Of a stretch of 64,000 nucleotides of DNA, positions 35,361 through 50,012 are shown in pieces (position 1 is the stretch's first letter; every line of letters starts with the position of its first letter). The translations under genes and the position numbers were made by a program. Origin of the DNA: a virus (taxonomy: Duplodnaviria > Caudoviricetes); IMG/VR virus record IMGVR_UViG_3300032030_000047, positions 1 through 64,000 of that record; one strand, given 5' to 3'. The notes under the pieces are model-generated. The model did not search any database. It was not told the origin of the DNA and worked only from the letters and a program-made list of their open reading frames with translations.

Positions 35361-35764
35361 ATATTTATTTCCTGCCACCCCGCTGGGTAAGCACTTGGTG
35401 ACCAAATATTATTGTCAATTGCGCTTTCATATACTTTGCCTTCAAACATAACGCGGTCGCCGCGCATATATGTGTTAGTACTATCAGGCTGTTCCCATTC
35501 TGGAATTACATCTGGATCTGGGATTAGTACTTTAGCCCAGAGACTTGGTGCGGCAGTAGGAGTCCATGCTTCTTGCGCCGCATGTGATTGAAGACATTTG
35601 TATAATACATTTTCGTATTGTACTCTGTCTCCTTGTAAATATGCGGCAGTAGCGTTCCAGACAGGAAATAACTGGACTGCTTCAATTGAGTCCTCATCGG
35701 ATAAGGATAGGGCTGCTTTTTCTATATAAGGGCGTAGCTTGCGCGCTAATTCAAGTAATGTCAA
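35357..35764 (-). CDS. Carbohydrate-binding (CBM5/12-like) phage protein
   Basis: Two W...Y..GD.V.(Y/F).G/N..Y repeats. Confidence 0.75.
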   Translation of the reverse strand: MTLLELARKLRPYIEKAALSLSDEDSIEAVQLFPVWNATAAYLQGDRVQYENVLYKCLQSHAAQEAWTPTAAPSLWAKVLIPDPDVIPEWEQPDSTNTYMRGDRVMFEGKVYESAIDNNIWSPSAYPAGWQEINI

Positions 35765-36010
35765 TTACTCCACCCCCAATAGTATTTTTGTGGCGGCAAG
35801 CTCCTCCTGTAAAGAGGAGATGCTTGCGGCCTGCTATAACAAATATTCATCCTTGCCATATTCTTTATAGTTATATTTGTAACCAGAAACGGTATGCTCG
35901 CCAACTTCTTCTTCATATGGCTCAACATTAGAAGCGATAAAGACAGAAGTGGCTGTAATTTCGATTGGTTGTGGCTCAACTGTACCATAAATAACTCCGT
36001 AATCTTTCAT
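35765..36010 (-). CDS. Small tail-associated protein (81 aa, code 15)
   Basis: MKDYGVIYG...EYLL(Q)QAAS...LLGVE. Confidence 0.7.
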
Positions 36011-36015
36011 CTTTA

Positions 36016-37962
36016 TCAACCTCCATAGTGTTGCCGCCATTTATTAATGTTGGCTTCGTAGGTTGCGTTCTTAGACGGAATATACATAATACGTCCATTG
36101 AAGTAACGTAGTGTCGCATTCGCGGCAACGTCTGCGCTATAGTTAAATGGGCCTGCTCCATCACCGGAACTATAAAGGCCGCCAATACCGAATAGGTTAG
36201 TACCATTTAAGGCGGTATTAGTCCAAAGTGCGTCACCGACTGGGAAAGCACTATTGGCATTATTGGCGCACTCAATTGGTAGATAAGCCCAAGTATAGTC
36301 TGGATTCTGATAACCCATCGCGGAAATCCAGTTTGGCGCTGCGCCAGGAAGCTGGAATCCTAGTGGAGTTTCACCATGATATGGAATACCACCTTCAGAG
36401 TTGCTACCGCCGCGAGTTGTAATATTAGCAATTAGCCGCCACATGCTACCCCATGGATTTTCCATACCACGATAGCTAATTGCGCGTAAGCCTGCAGTTG
36501 TAACGGTTTCCTTAGTACCATCACGGTCAATAACAGTTTGAGGAGCGGCGCCAGTGCCGTTACCGATACTGGAAGTAGAACCAGTAATAATAGCGCAACT
36601 AGTGGCGTTATTGCGAGCAACATTGACTACACCTTTTTCTAGGGCAGATTGTCCATTCATAGTACCAAATTCAACCATCTCTAGCATCTGATTGGCAGAT
36701 TCAAATTCGAGGTTGGTAAGCTGCCAACCTTCACCACGATTAGATGCCATTGTTTTAACTTGGTTTAGGTTTAGATTTTTGCCGATACCAGTAAAGATTT
36801 TTGCGCCCGCAATAGAGCTGAGTTTATCTTCGGAGAAAGTAACATTCTCATCGTTTAAAAGATATTCATCTGCGCTAGTGTCATAGACGCTGCCTTCAAA
36901 TGCGGGAAGAAGAACGTAATCGAGTTCTTCGTTTCCTAGCTTGAATAGAGGATGAAGCTCAAAGCCTGCGCGCTCATCTGCACTTAGAATTAGACTTTCT
37001 TTTTGTACGGTTACGCCGCGGCTGCCTGCGCTATCTTTGATAAAAGTGCGAGAGTAGTAGAACTTGGGCTGGTAAATCATTACCTGGCCATTAGAGCCAT
37101 CTTCGCGGTAATTAGAATCGCCATAGAAGGCCGTAATTGTGCCATCATCGGCTACATTACAACGCATGCGGCCGCCGTACATGGTGTATCCATTGAAATC
37201 GCTTCCGGCCCTACGACTTGCGGCATCCTGAGTGCGCTCAAAGGACTTATTTTCGTAGTCGATTAGTAAGCCGAGTGTGCCATCGGCGCTGTAAGTACCG
37301 GCTTTTACTAGCGCCTTGATGATTGCTTCTTGTGTGGCATCACCGGCTTTGATGTTTCCATCTGAGCCAACAATAACAATCTTACCGGCGTTTTCAGTGC
37401 CAAGGTTGCTTACTCCGCCAGAGCTGGAGCCGCCGCCAGATGGAATGCGCGCGATTGCGCTATCAACATAGGCTTTAGTTGCAACTGTGGATGTATCGGC
37501 TTTCTGCGCGAGTGCGGCAGTAATAGCCTTTTGAGTCATGCTACCATCTTCGTTATCGCCTGTAGATTTATATAATTTCACTACCTCGGGCATAGTAAAG
37601 GGTGTGGCGTTGTCAGGATAGAGAACTTTATAGCCACGACCATTGTAGGTGTCGGATGAGGTCTGGGTTAGCTCAAAAGCTAACTTGGAAATCTCATCAT
37701 CTACGTCTTCTGTTGTAAGAGTATTAATTTGTGCTTCTTGCGCTGTTTCTAAAGCTTCCTGCGCAGTTGCAAGCAAATCCGCGGCTTCAGATTTTGCCGT
37801 TGCAATTTCAGTCGCAGCATCTTCTACTGTTTGAATTGCCGCTGCTGCATCCTATTCTGCTTTTTCTGCCTTTGCCGCTGCGGCATTAGCCTTAGCAACA
37901 TAAGTTTCGGTTTTTCCTTGTGGAGTCATTGCTTTTGCAAGCATTACATCCAATATATCCAT
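36016..37962 (-). CDS. Tail fibre/receptor-binding protein with C-terminal C-type-lectin (Mtd-like) fold (648 aa, code 15)
   Basis: SYRGMENPWGSMW...GG.Y..G..AG.F...G R motifs; N-terminal extension through one TAG. Confidence 0.7.
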
Positions 37963-38183
37963 TAGCTTTCACCCCCGTTTTCTTCCTCTGTAACGGGAGT
38001 CATACTTTTCCATTGTTTTTGGCTGTTAGCAATAAATACTTCCATAGTATCTACTACTATTGCGACAGATCCCAACGTAATATACTTTGGATCAATAGTC
38101 GCTAAATCTGCAGCGGTGTCGCAGAAATGCTCATAAGTAATTATATTATCAGAGCTACCTCTTTTACTCATTATTGCCGCCAT
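37962..38183 (-). CDS. Small structural hypothetical protein
   Basis: MAAIMSKRGSSDN after GGAGG. Confidence 0.65.
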   Translation of the reverse strand: MAAIMSKRGSSDNIITYEHFCDTAADLATIDPKYITLGSVAIVVDTMEVFIANSQKQWKSMTPVTEEENGGES

Positions 38184-39372
38184 TCTATTCGCCTCCATTT
38201 ATCCAAGCATAAGATATAGTATCATTTTCTACAGTTACTTGCAATTGATAAGTACCTGCTGTAGTTGGCATATCAGGCATACTGCCCCATAATACAGTTT
38301 TAGCATCATTCTCTCCAACAATAACACGTACGAAATATGCACCAGTCTAATCAGGTGCGCCTATTTTTGTAGCAAGTGGAACTAATGGTTGGTCATTATC
38401 ATCAACGCTTTCTAACGCACTAGCAAGAGTGTTTGGAGTAAGATAACCTGCATCATTTTGCCATGTACTTACATTAGTTGGTAGATTAGTTAAATCATTA
38501 TAACTGCCACTAGTTGCCACCAGTTTCAAAGCATCTAATTTGGTCTTATCCGCGGCCGAAAGTAAACCATTTGTAGAAGTGGTCGCAACTTGATAATTAC
38601 CACTTAGGATACCTTCATTAGTAATGGTTAAATTATCACCAACCTAAATGCCGCCAAGAGTTGAAGTTGTTGCAGGGCTTAATGATATAGTCCGTGTTGA
38701 TGCAAGAGTTCCGCCACCTGTTAATCCAGTTCCGGCTGTAATTGAAATATTACTTAAAGTGGTACTTACATAATTTTCTAAGCGTCCTTCTGGAATTAAA
38801 TCTAACGTATTATATGTAGCTAATGCACTACTTAATGTTACTTGGTTAGCGGTAATTCCATTAGTAACTGCAATATTATTAGCATTGACTGCTTGTAATG
38901 TCGTGACACCAGTAACTCCTAGTGTGCCGCTTAGACTAGCATTAGTTGCGCTCAAATTACCATTTAAGGTAGTTGCGCCTGTTACAGTTAAGGTATTACT
39001 AACTGTTGTGGCTAATGATAACGTAATTGCTTCTGCCGCTATGATTTTATCTGTTACTATTAAATTATTAGTAATGGTTATATTGCCTGAAGCACTAATA
39101 TTTGCAGCAGAAATGTTTCCACTAGCAGTAAGATTAACAAAAGAAGGGCTCGCTTGAAAATTTAATATACCATTCTCAATAGTAAAATTGTCGTTATTAG
39201 CAATTTTGATTATACCCCAAGTATTTTTTGAGGCTACATATCTATCAGCATCATTTTCAGCAATAAATACTTTTGTCAAACTTAAAATCTAACTTTCCAT
39301 ATTATTTAACTTGGTAGCAGTTAAAATATCTCCTGATTTCCAAGTTGTTCTTGTATAAGCCGTTAATGCCAT
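38164..39372 (-). CDS. Tail fibre-like protein (~402 aa, code 15)
   Basis: MALTAYTRTTWKSGDILTATKLNN; beta-repeat T/N/G-rich body; LVATSGSYNDL. Confidence 0.7.
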
Positions 39373-39480
39373 AATCCTTTTTCCTCCTTAAAAACATCAT
39401 TTGACCCATATGATGTTATTTGTCATAATAAAAGTCTTAACGCCTAGATTTATTTTAGGTATCTAGTTCTAAAAAAATTC

Positions 39481-39786
39481 TTAATCTTCTGCCGCGAGAC
39501 GTTTACCTTCACTATCACATAAATAGTCGCCATTTGAGTCAATAAAATAATGTGCATATGAACGACGCACTAAAATATAACCGCCGTTAGAATCAACCAT
39601 ATGCTTTCCATTAGCGTCAAGAAAATAAACTAAAGGAACACCTGCCCCGCCAATCATTTTCCATGTATTGTTTTTATTGACATATCCTACGGCATGTTTC
39701 CATTCCGCTCCATTATATACATATGGCTAAGCCCATTCCCAATCATTGGTTTCCTAAGAATAAATCTGCATTCCTCCATGTACCAT
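39481..39786 (-). CDS. Small tail-associated protein (101 aa, code 15)
   Basis: Open with two TAG; YVYNGAEWK. Confidence 0.6.
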
Positions 39787-39790
39787 GTAA

Positions 39791-41431
39791 TCACCTCAAT
39801 CGTATCCAAATCCTTCCGTTTACTTTCACGCGTCCTTCGCCCCATTCTTCGTAGGTAGGAATCTCAGAAATTGTACCAATAATACAAGAAGGATAATTAC
39901 GCTCTTCCCAAGGAGTCATAAGAGATACGGTACCATTAGGGCCAGAGCATACGGCACATCCAATATGCTTTTTTAATTTCTATAAGTCTTCATATGGATA
40001 GGCTAACACTCTTCCACTTACTGCAACTGGGGTGTTATATCCCTAAGAATGATTTTCTCCTATTGCAAAACCAAATGTATCAGAAATAATTTCGCATCCA
40101 CGCTATAGGCGCTTAGTTGTTAAGGCTAACATTCCATTGCCGAGTTCTCTGATGCAACGACCTGGCTCTTGACGTTTTCTTTCCCATTTATTATCTTTCC
40201 TATATTCAGCATAATCATTCCAAGCCGCGCCCATAAGTACATTACTGGTGCTGACATAAACATTAGTATTAAATACTGCTGCATCAGTATTACGAATAGC
40301 TTTGGTTGAACCGCTGATATAAAATTTAGTATTATTAACTGGGGTCATAATACAACCCACATCACCCCAAGTAACATCTCGATTGTCATCGCTAAATTTA
40401 ATTAAGGCTTGTCCAGTCGTACCTCCTACGGGGATTTCATAGAAGGGCTCAGAATATTGAAAAAATAATTGGCCTTCAGTACCCTCTACAGGTAAAGCAT
40501 CACCATAGTCGATATTTTCTGTTCCATTTAAACCATTTACAGTCAATGCGCCCAACATCGTGTCACCGGCACGCTATACATAGTCTGAAGAGTTTTTAGT
40601 CGCCATACTTCCAAATGCACCCTAATTACAATAAGCTAAGTGAGAAGCATTTGAAGTTGTTTGATAACGACCATCCCAATAGGCTAGTAAATTAACAGTT
40701 GGAATATTAGTATTATTTGCCCAAGTAGAAGCAGCAGTAAGAGCATTAACAGTTGTCCTATTTTCAATTGCCCGAGTTGTAAAAGCAGCAGTAGTTGTAT
40801 TACCGGACATAATTAATTGATTTGCAGTGAAACTATCTGCTCCAGTTCCTCCTAGCGATACTGGTAGTGTGCCAAATGTTAATGCCCCGTTAGTACTAGT
40901 CGCATAAGCCGCGCCTTTAGCAGTAGATTTCCATGTAGGCGCGGAAGTGCCGCCAGCTGATACTAATATCTGATTAGCAGTACCCGCACTAGTTGGAGCA
41001 TATATTCCAGTTGCACGAGTCTATGAAGCATTATTTACAGTTACAAGTCCATAATATACAGAGCGCTCCGTGGTAAGTCCTGTCCCAGTGCCTAATGCGC
41101 CATTAGTAGTAGCATCATCTACTCCGTATGTAACTGCGGCACCAAAAGCGCCTTTATTGCAATAAGCAAGATTAGATGAAGAAGCATTATATAAACCATT
41201 CCAATATGCTAAAGTATTTTTAGTTACTAAATGAATATCATTAGCGGCAGAAGTCCATTCTAAGTTACCTGACGATGTTTTATTATATATATTTCTGCTA
41301 ATTAAGTTTTTATTAGCATCAGTAACTACTGCCTAAGAAGCTGTAAGACTAGAGATATTTTCATTAGTTGTATAAGTTGTATCCGTAACGCGCAAACTTC
41401 CTTGCACGATTGTCGATTTTAAGATTGCCAT
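39791..41431 (-). CDS. Tail fibre with C-terminal intramolecular-chaperone-like domain (546 aa, code 15)
   Basis: Fragments in one frame; WNDYAEYR...PG...VAVSGRV; internal repeat LAYW...LAYCN.GAFG. Confidence 0.75.
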
Positions 41432-41571
41432 AAGTTCGCGCCTCCTATTATTTTAAAATAACAATAAGGAGCAGCACAGCTGACTCCTTATTGATTCAGT
41501 AGAGAGACGGCGCGAAGCATCGGCTCTCTACCAATTATATTATACTATATTTGGTTTTGAAATGTCAAGTA

Positions 41572-44073
41572 TTAGAGTTCTATAAATTCTGATGAGAGTA
41601 ATTCAGAATTTTTTCTAATTTTCGCTTTGTCCATTTGTTCAATTATATCATAAAAATTAGCCTAGCCTTGTTTTGTAAACTAGGCCATATTAGATGTAAT
41701 ATCATATAATCGAAAATTAGTAAGATAAAGGTCAGTTCCTAATGTACCAGTACTAGTATAGCCCCAACCAAAAGTTAAGTGGCGATAACTTAAATAAGTT
41801 GTCCCTGCTACATAGGCTGAATACGTAGTAGTACATGGTTTACTAATAGCGTCTGTTATTTTAAAAATATAGAAACAATCTTTTTCCCCATTAAAATCTG
41901 CTGGAATACCTTCATTTACAATCGTAGTTGGTGAAGGCTGAACACCGCCGCCACTCCAACCCATATTGTTAGTCCAGCCCCATGTAGTAGCATTAGAACT
42001 TTTTCCGCGAACGTGGAAAGTCGCGATATAAGTATGATTTTGCTATAAATGCCACCAATTATCTCGAGTGGTATCATAAGCTGCAACAGTATTTACAGAT
42101 TGATTAACCAATTGAAGTCCGCCCCACATGGTATTACCGTTAGCAGATTGAGTAAGATTAGGCGGCCGATAAATATGATATCCTTCTTCTACTAAAGTAA
42201 CTTGACAATTACTTTGAGTATATCGGCTTAAGCCGTTAGTAAATTCTAACTTAGTTCGGCTTAACTCAGCAGGAAATAGAATATTATCTTGATGCTCGAT
42301 AAATTCATATGCATGGGTACCACCTTTATTATCAATTTTGGCACCAGTATGATATAGTTGGAGAATATCATCGGTCGGTAGGGCGGTTACATAGATGCGG
42401 AAATCACTTAATTCTCCAGAAGTAGTCCTGTGTGCACCGCCCGCTAAAGAATAGAATGGAAAAATATGGCTAAAAGATTTTAATGCTCCACTCTAATTAG
42501 CAGTAACTTTAGATACTCCATCTTTATAAAAAATTAATTGGCTTCCATTATATACTAAAGCATAGTGATGCCATTCATTTAGAGTTAAGTGGCTGCTAAC
42601 ATTGATACGCACGCAAGTGCCGCTAACATTGCAGCAATCAAAACAGGAATCACGCATATTAGCAGCAGTTGTATAATAATCAGTAGGAAGACTATTATTT
42701 GTAGTGCTAAAAATACCACTTGTCTGCAGACCCCAAGATGTTGGTTTCATCCACCAACTAAAAGTAAGCGCTGTAGATTCAGGAATATTACATTGTCCTG
42801 ATAATAAATAATTAGATGAATTGGCTGCTTGATTATTTTTAATACAAGCATCATAGCGTGCAGATGTGGATGATAAAATTGCGGATGTATCATGTAATGT
42901 ACCATGATGTCCATAACCGCTGCTATCAAAGACTGATGTTGGCATATAAGAATTATAATTATCGTCTAATGGAGAGGGACACCAAGCTGTTGGAGTAGAA
43001 CTTTTTTCTAATTTAAAATTCTTAAAATAATAAGTGCCAACTAAACCACTAAAACCTAGATGCAACGATATATTACCATATCCAGTGCCAGGAGCAGCCC
43101 ATGTACTAGTATAATAAACCTATATCCATTGGCCTAAAGTAAAGTTACCCTATAATCGTTTGTATCCATTGCCGCTATTAATAAATATAGTTGGTAAAGT
43201 AGTCCCTGATTCAACTTTAATTTCACATGATAATGTATAAGTATCTCCAACTGTAAGTTTTGCTCCTACATTATCATTACTATTTTTAGCAAATCCTATA
43301 GAAGCATAATTACCATTTCCAGAAGCAGCAATAATTTTTAAACTACCATCATCCATATATGTTCGTGTGATACCAGAAGCATTTCCTCCACTAGTGACTT
43401 TATGACTTTCTAATATAAAATTTTCACTACCATATAGAAAACCAATGGAATCTAACTTATAATGCAACACTAACCCCTAACTAATTTCCTTAACTTCGGC
43501 CGCAGAGAGGCAGTGCGAATATACACGAAAATCATTAACATAACCTGTTAAAAATTCATTACCGCCTGGATGATCACAACCTATTTCTAAAAAGTTCGCG
43601 GAAGTAATATCTGTCACTGTTACTCCCGCTTCTGCTAAGGTCTTACTAGTAACTTTAGTGCCATCTAAATATGTTGTGACAGTAGTATCATCTAAAGTGC
43701 AACATACATGGTGCCATACACTAGTATTGGCAATTGTGCCGCCGCTTACATATTTATAAGTGCTACCTCCTGCAAATTGCCATCCGGAAGTATAAAGTGT
43801 CATATGAGCTTGCCCAGGACCGCTATCATGTGAAATACCGCCAAGAGCGACTACAGTACCTGTGCTTTTAACCCATGCACAGACTGAAGTATTTTTTATT
43901 GTAGTCATTTCTTCTGGCATAGTCATTTTTATCCAAGTGCTTCCATTAAAGTAATAGCACTTTCCAATTTTACCACTATTATCTACTGTAGCACCATTAT
44001 TAGTTACGGTAACGCCGCTACATCCTATGTTATCTAATGTGCCATTAAGCGGCAACCATACCTATAAACTCAT
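41572..44073 (-). CDS. LamG/concanavalin-like tail protein (833 aa, code 15)
   Basis: MSL(Q)VWLPLNG; two LamG repeats WHHV/WHHY...NDFRVY/SDFRIY; four track fragments in frame. Confidence 0.8.
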
Positions 44074-44321
44074 ATTCTCCCACCTCCAATAGGGGTAATC
44101 CTAAAATGGGTTACCCCATTTTGCATCGTGTAGGAGGCTTTCATACAATCTATAAACATCTCCTCTAGTTCATCATCTTTATAAAGGGTGGCGAATGCAA
44201 GATTATCATTGGAAAGTTGCCAATATATCTAAGAGTCATTACTCTAAATCTCGAATGTACTGTAATTTAAACGCACAAGGCCCTCAAGTTCAGTGCCATC
44301 GGCGAGTACAAGTTTATACAT
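44070..44321 (-). CDS. Small hypothetical protein (83 aa, code 15)
   Basis: MYKLVLADGTELEGL; stop overlaps the next ATG. Confidence 0.65.
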
Positions 44322-44336
44322 TGAATATCACCATCC

Positions 44337-47300
44337 TTATGTAAATATGAAGTCAAGGGAAGAATCTGTCGTGTTGTATTGTAGTGTTACGTGAGAATTC
44401 ACAGTATAAGTTGTAGCACTTATCGCTCCACCTTTCATTGTAATACTAGTATCATGTAATAAAATTGTAGTCGCGCCACTCTTAACGCCGACTGGATAAA
44501 TGGAATCAGAGGTATTGGCGGTAGTAGTTGCGTTCGTGGCATTTCCATTAAACGTAGTAGCATAAACAGTACTCCATTTTTTTGAATCAGTGCCCAATGT
44601 CATTGAAGCAGTTGGATACATTGCATCAGAGGTAACTTCCACTCCTTTTGTGGATGCGTCTAATTGCGGTCTTAAAACAACTTTTGTACCGTATATACCA
44701 ATAATACCACTATTATCAGTACCTATACTTCCTTTTTTTGTGGTATTATACATAAACTAAATACCATTAGTATAAGCAGCGGATTGAGTGCTTATTTGTA
44801 ATTTTGTACCAGTATTTGAACCATCAAGGGCATAAGCATAATCTGTATAATTGGAGCTATCTAAAACTTTTCTCCAAGCTTGCCAAGTTCCATTATTTTT
44901 TCCTCGAACAGCAATTTGGCCAGTACGATAATCACCGTATATTTCATGTATCCAAGAATTATTATACTTTTCAACATAAGCAACACCATCACTCTAACTA
45001 TATAAATCACTCCTATTAGTATCACTTACATACCAAATACCAGTATCTAAATCATTAGTAATAGCTAAGGCCGTGGTAGCAGTAACATTTGTCCCGGCCA
45101 TTCTATACGTAGTCTCAGCTGCAGCATTACCAGTAATATAAATTGGGCGGTCTGCGGCACCTTTATTCGTGTTAGATAAATAACTATGGGTGTGTGAAGA
45201 AGGAGCAAAGGTAGTAGGCTTATTATTAATATTATCCCAATGAATCTTTAAATTATAAGTCCCTGCGTCTCCTTTTGCTATTGGATAACAATAAGGACTA
45301 TAACTATTAGTACCAAATACATAAAATGCTGTATGATGTTTTCTAAAAGTACCATAACTATATTGTGGTAATTTTGTATTAGTATCTACTGCTGAGGTAT
45401 TATAAATATATACTTCATAATATCCATTACTATTAGGAGTTAAGCCGCCTTTAAAAATTCCTGCCTCATTAGGATAAGCAATACATAATTCTCTTAATAA
45501 TGCCTTTAGCCATTCTTCGTCACTATCGCTAGTAGTTAATTTATCTGTAGAGCCGACTTTAACTGTGTTAGTGCTTACTAGTAATGGACATAACCGTATT
45601 TTAGGATTTCCACTTGATCCATATATTTTATTAATAAAAAGGCTATCCCACGCTGTTCCACTAGCACCTAAAGTTCTCGTATTAGTCGCTTCTGGAACTA
45701 GATTACCAGTAATAGTTACCTATCCATGTTTAAAATTTGCTACCTATGTTCCAGTAGTAGCACGAATAGTATCCCAAGTGCCTGAAGTCGCAGAAGTATA
45801 TACTTGTATATCAACTTCTCCAGAAAATAACCTGATTCTATCTGGGCCGGAACCAGCAGCAGCATCATTACCATGAAATAATAATAGTTCTGATTGTTCG
45901 TTTGCTGCTGTTTTAGACCCGTAAATAGATTCACCTATATATGTATGATTAAAACTTCCTGGATTATCCCCATAAACTCCATAGAATGCAATATAATTGG
46001 TGCTACCAGAGTTAGCGGTAGCATAACCTGTATTCGCGGCCGCATCGGCATTTCCAATACGTAGTGGACCTTGTATCCAAGTAGTATTAGTAAATAAGGA
46101 AGTACCATTTACATATAATTTATAATTATTATTAGCTCCCCCAATACTAACATTTCCAGTTTTATATACTTTTAGCAAATTATCATTAGAATAAATTCCT
46201 AAAGAAACATAATTATCATTACTATTATTTCCTACATAATGAAAATTAAGATATCCTGCGTTACCCGGATTCATGGCCTATCCAGCCATAACTCCAACAA
46301 CATTGGCTCCAGAACTTAAATTTGGAACTGTTACAGTTGTACCCCACACATAGGCAGAAGATATAGTTGCAGATGTAGTTAATTTTAAAATTGCGGTTGA
46401 AGTACCAACAGAACTAGCTAATTCGTTAGACCAATTATTATCTCCTCTCCAGAACTTAGCAGCAGTATCAGTAGAAGAAACCCAATAACTTTCGTCTCCG
46501 CCTAACAGTTCCCACTTGCCTGCAGTACTCCATACATATTCACGGGCGGTATCTTTATCAATAACTACATCGCCGGCAGCTACAGTAGTAGCACTACCGC
46601 CTACTTTTGGATCTTCTGTGCCGCCATCAGTAATAGCAACTGTAGCAGCACCTAAAAACCGCATGGCTTTTGATAGTCCCAAAGATGTAACTAGCATCGA
46701 TGCCGCCAAGCTGCCACCTAAGCTAACATCATTACCGGCAATTGTTACTTTAGAATTAGCTAATTTCCCATTAGCAATCGCTCCAGTAGCAATACGATCC
46801 ATAGAAATAGTGCCGGTAAGTTGTCCAGCTGGAAGATTAGTAAGAGAAGCACCGGAACCGCTAAATAATTTACCAGTGATAGTACCGTCTGGAGCAATAC
46901 GTAAGTTATTAGCGGATGAATAATCATCTGCTCCAAGATACATATAAGTCATGGCATCGCCGCTGCCAGAGACACCTATGCGAGCAAATATATTATTGGC
47001 ATTATCATACCAGTTAATATAACCATGTGCCCAACCGCCACCATCAGAGTTCTTACGATTCATACGTAATCTAATGTCTTGTTCAGTAGGAAGAATTATA
47101 GTACCATTATCATCAATTTTAGTTTTACTATCCTAAACTTGCCCGGCGGTTCCATTAAATCGTACAATTGCTTCATCGGTAGAGGTAATTGCTTTTACAA
47201 AATATGATTCCGCTTTCTATGAGGCAGTTCCTAAGGCCGTCCCAGCCGCAAATTTGCTTCCATCCCAATATATTGGAGTTGTCGCTGCCCCGATTGCAGT

Positions 47301-48194
47301 TGTCCCTATTGCAGATTTGAGAGCATTAGCGGGAGTAATATAATAAATAAAATGATCAGATTCAATTGTCGCTAATTTTGCAGTAGAAGTTTTCGCTGTA
47401 GCGGCACTTGTATATAACCAAGTACCTTTTATATATTTTCCTTCAAAATTGCTATCTGTTTTTAAGGTTCCACCATCATTGTATAAATAAGAAGTAGTTA
47501 TTTTAGTATAATCAGATAACTTAGGAGAAGTACTTTCTGTAATAGCTGCCGTAGTAGTAATTGTTATAGTAGACCAATTTAAATTAATGGCAGTATCATC
47601 TACATATAAATTATCTATCCAAATGCCATTATAAGTATTTGCGGTATTATTTACATATAAAACACCTGGTTCGGCTATTCTATAATATAGCCCAATTTTA
47701 TTTGCTAAAGTCCCTTCTATGAGTGCTGCTTGCTAATCTACTGCCCATGCTCCATTATTAGCAGCACGTTTCCAATAAAAAGTTACATGGGCAACGCCTG
47801 ATGGATTAGCACTATAACCGCCACCAAAATGCAGATCAAAAGAATTCATAAACCATTGTGCAGATGAACCAGTAGTTACGGTAGAATAAGGAAATGTAAT
47901 TTTATACCATTGTGAACGTTCTGCACTTGCTCCAATTAATGGATAAATTCTACTAGTAAATCTTAATGTTTTTTCGCCACCGATGGTCTATGCCCCTGTA
48001 TTTATAATACCGCTCGCACTAGCACTCGCATCAGCAATAGACCCTGTTAATGTATACGTAGTTCCGCTTTTACTACCACTTAAAGTAAGTGGAGCAGTGC
48101 CACTCGCGCTAATAGAACTAATTTTGTCCTTATCTTTTAAATCATAAACCTTATTATCGGGAGTTTTTATCTAACTAATATATCCATCAGCCAT
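44337..48194 (-). CDS. Very large tail fibre protein (~1285 aa, code 15)
   Basis: MADGYIS(Q)IKTPD; fragments 46278-47063, 45744-46274 and 44337-44753 in one frame. Confidence 0.75.
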
Positions 48195-48211
48195 TCAGGC
48201 CACCTCCCTTA

Positions 48212-49339
48212 TTAAGTCGCTTTTGTTACAGTAACACTTGTTGTATTCAATAGTACTGTCTTTGAATCTTGCCCATCCCAAGCAATTGCAACATTAGTAG
48301 CCCTATCCGCAGCTACTTGTGTATTCGCTGCAACAGTAGCTTGTCCAGTACCCCCAGTACTATTTGTACTCAAACTAATAGTTGGCTGAGTAATTGTAGG
48401 AGCTGGCAAACTAACTAAGGCTTTTGCAGTTTGCCCGCTACCACTAGTAGAAACTCCAGTAGCTATTGTTGCTCCATTAGTATCTGTATCAGCAAGTGAA
48501 CCTGTAGCTACACGCGTTGCGGAAGTAGCGGCTTTAGGAACTGTTACAGAAGCAGTATCAATATTAACCTATTTGGTAGTCTATGTATCCATTGTTACTC
48601 CACCTAGAGTTAATAATTCATTCGATACGCTCCATCCTTTTATCCAAGCATCAGTACTAGTACTCGCAGTTCCAGTTCCTTTTGCAGTTGTCTAATCAGT
48701 TCCTGCAGAAACTTTAGATGCCGTTACAGAGCCACTTACTCCTGTTACAGTTGTAGTAACAAGTTTCTTAGTAGTAGCAGAAACGGATTTAACAAATGTA
48801 TCTTTATTGTCGTCAGTGGGCGTATATACTACGTTCGTGCCAGAGGCTGTACCCTTTACATAGGTAGTATTAGGAGTTACATTAAAAGCAGGCTACGTAC
48901 TTACCTTTAATTTAGCGCTAGTCCCGACAACTGTCGCAGTCTTTTTATCTAATTCAACATTAGTTACAATATTGCCTAATTTAATACGAGTGTCTCCTAA
49001 TTTTTCCCATGTGTATCTAGGATTTGCGCCTGAACCATTATCTACCGTAACATATTCATTATATATATCAGAATCATCATCATCTGGTAATGTGGTTGAT
49101 TTAACTAAATAGATTTTCCCTAAAGTGCTTGTATTAGTATTATTATTTGCGGCTAGCGTACCGGTATAAATTGTACTATTGTATGTAACTTGTATACCGG
49201 CTGGTATATTTGCTACAGTAGGCGCCGCTGCGCCATTCCAAGCTAATACAAAAATCCCATTTATCAACGAGCGTGCCGTTGTATCTTTTATATCATATGT
49301 ATTACCATCAGGTAATTTAATTTGAGAAATATCTGCCAT
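48212..49339 (-). CDS. Tail-associated protein (375 aa, code 15)
   Basis: MADISQIKLPDG; Thr/Ser/Ala-rich; fragments in frame. Confidence 0.75.
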
Positions 49340-49353
49340 TCATATTCACTTCC

Positions 49354-49998
49354 TTATGAACGATTAAAGACGAGAATCTCTCCGTCTAGCTCGGTATTTA
49401 TTTTGTTATTCCAAAAAGTACGTTCTTGGGCGGTAATATGTTTTACTTCATCATTAATATGATTATTTAATTCAGCGCGAACTGCGGCAATTACATCGTC
49501 TCCTACAAAAGGTAAGCTTGTTACATAGGCAGAACCGTCACTGATTTTTATTCCGGGAACAACAATTGTAGTATTGTTATTTACATAAGAGCCACGATCG
49601 GTATAAACGCAAATAGTTCCTTCCGGGGCGACATAATTTGAATGGCTATTCCATTCCGCCGTAGTCCCAATCATTATATTTTTACCAGTAATATCTCCTA
49701 CTAACTCCCATCTAGTACCGGTATAAATAAATGTATAAATATTATTTTCTGATAACATATTTGCGCCAATTGCTGCTCCATTGTAATAAATAGCCTTCGC
49801 ACCCGTGTTATTAACATTTAAAGTCGCATTCGCGCTAACAGTTCCTACTTTCAAATTGACATATACACCTGCCGCCAACTCAAAGTTATTAATTGCGGCG
49901 GTAAGTGCTGTACTTGTACCGCTCGCAATAGTAAATAAAATTGGCTCAATTAGGTGTGTACTATTATCATTTAACTATACAGAATGTATATATCCCAT
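49354..49998 (-). CDS. Tail-associated protein (214 aa, code 15)
   Basis: N-terminal extension through one TAG; ATLNVNNTGAKAIYY. Confidence 0.7.
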
Positions 49999-50012
49999 TT
50001 ACCTCACCACCA

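Noticed and set aside
36016-36500. Diversity-generating retroelement targeting the Mtd-like protein
   Set aside because: The C-type-lectin-like C-terminus is present, but no template repeat or reverse transcriptase occurs in this window. It could exist elsewhere in the genome.
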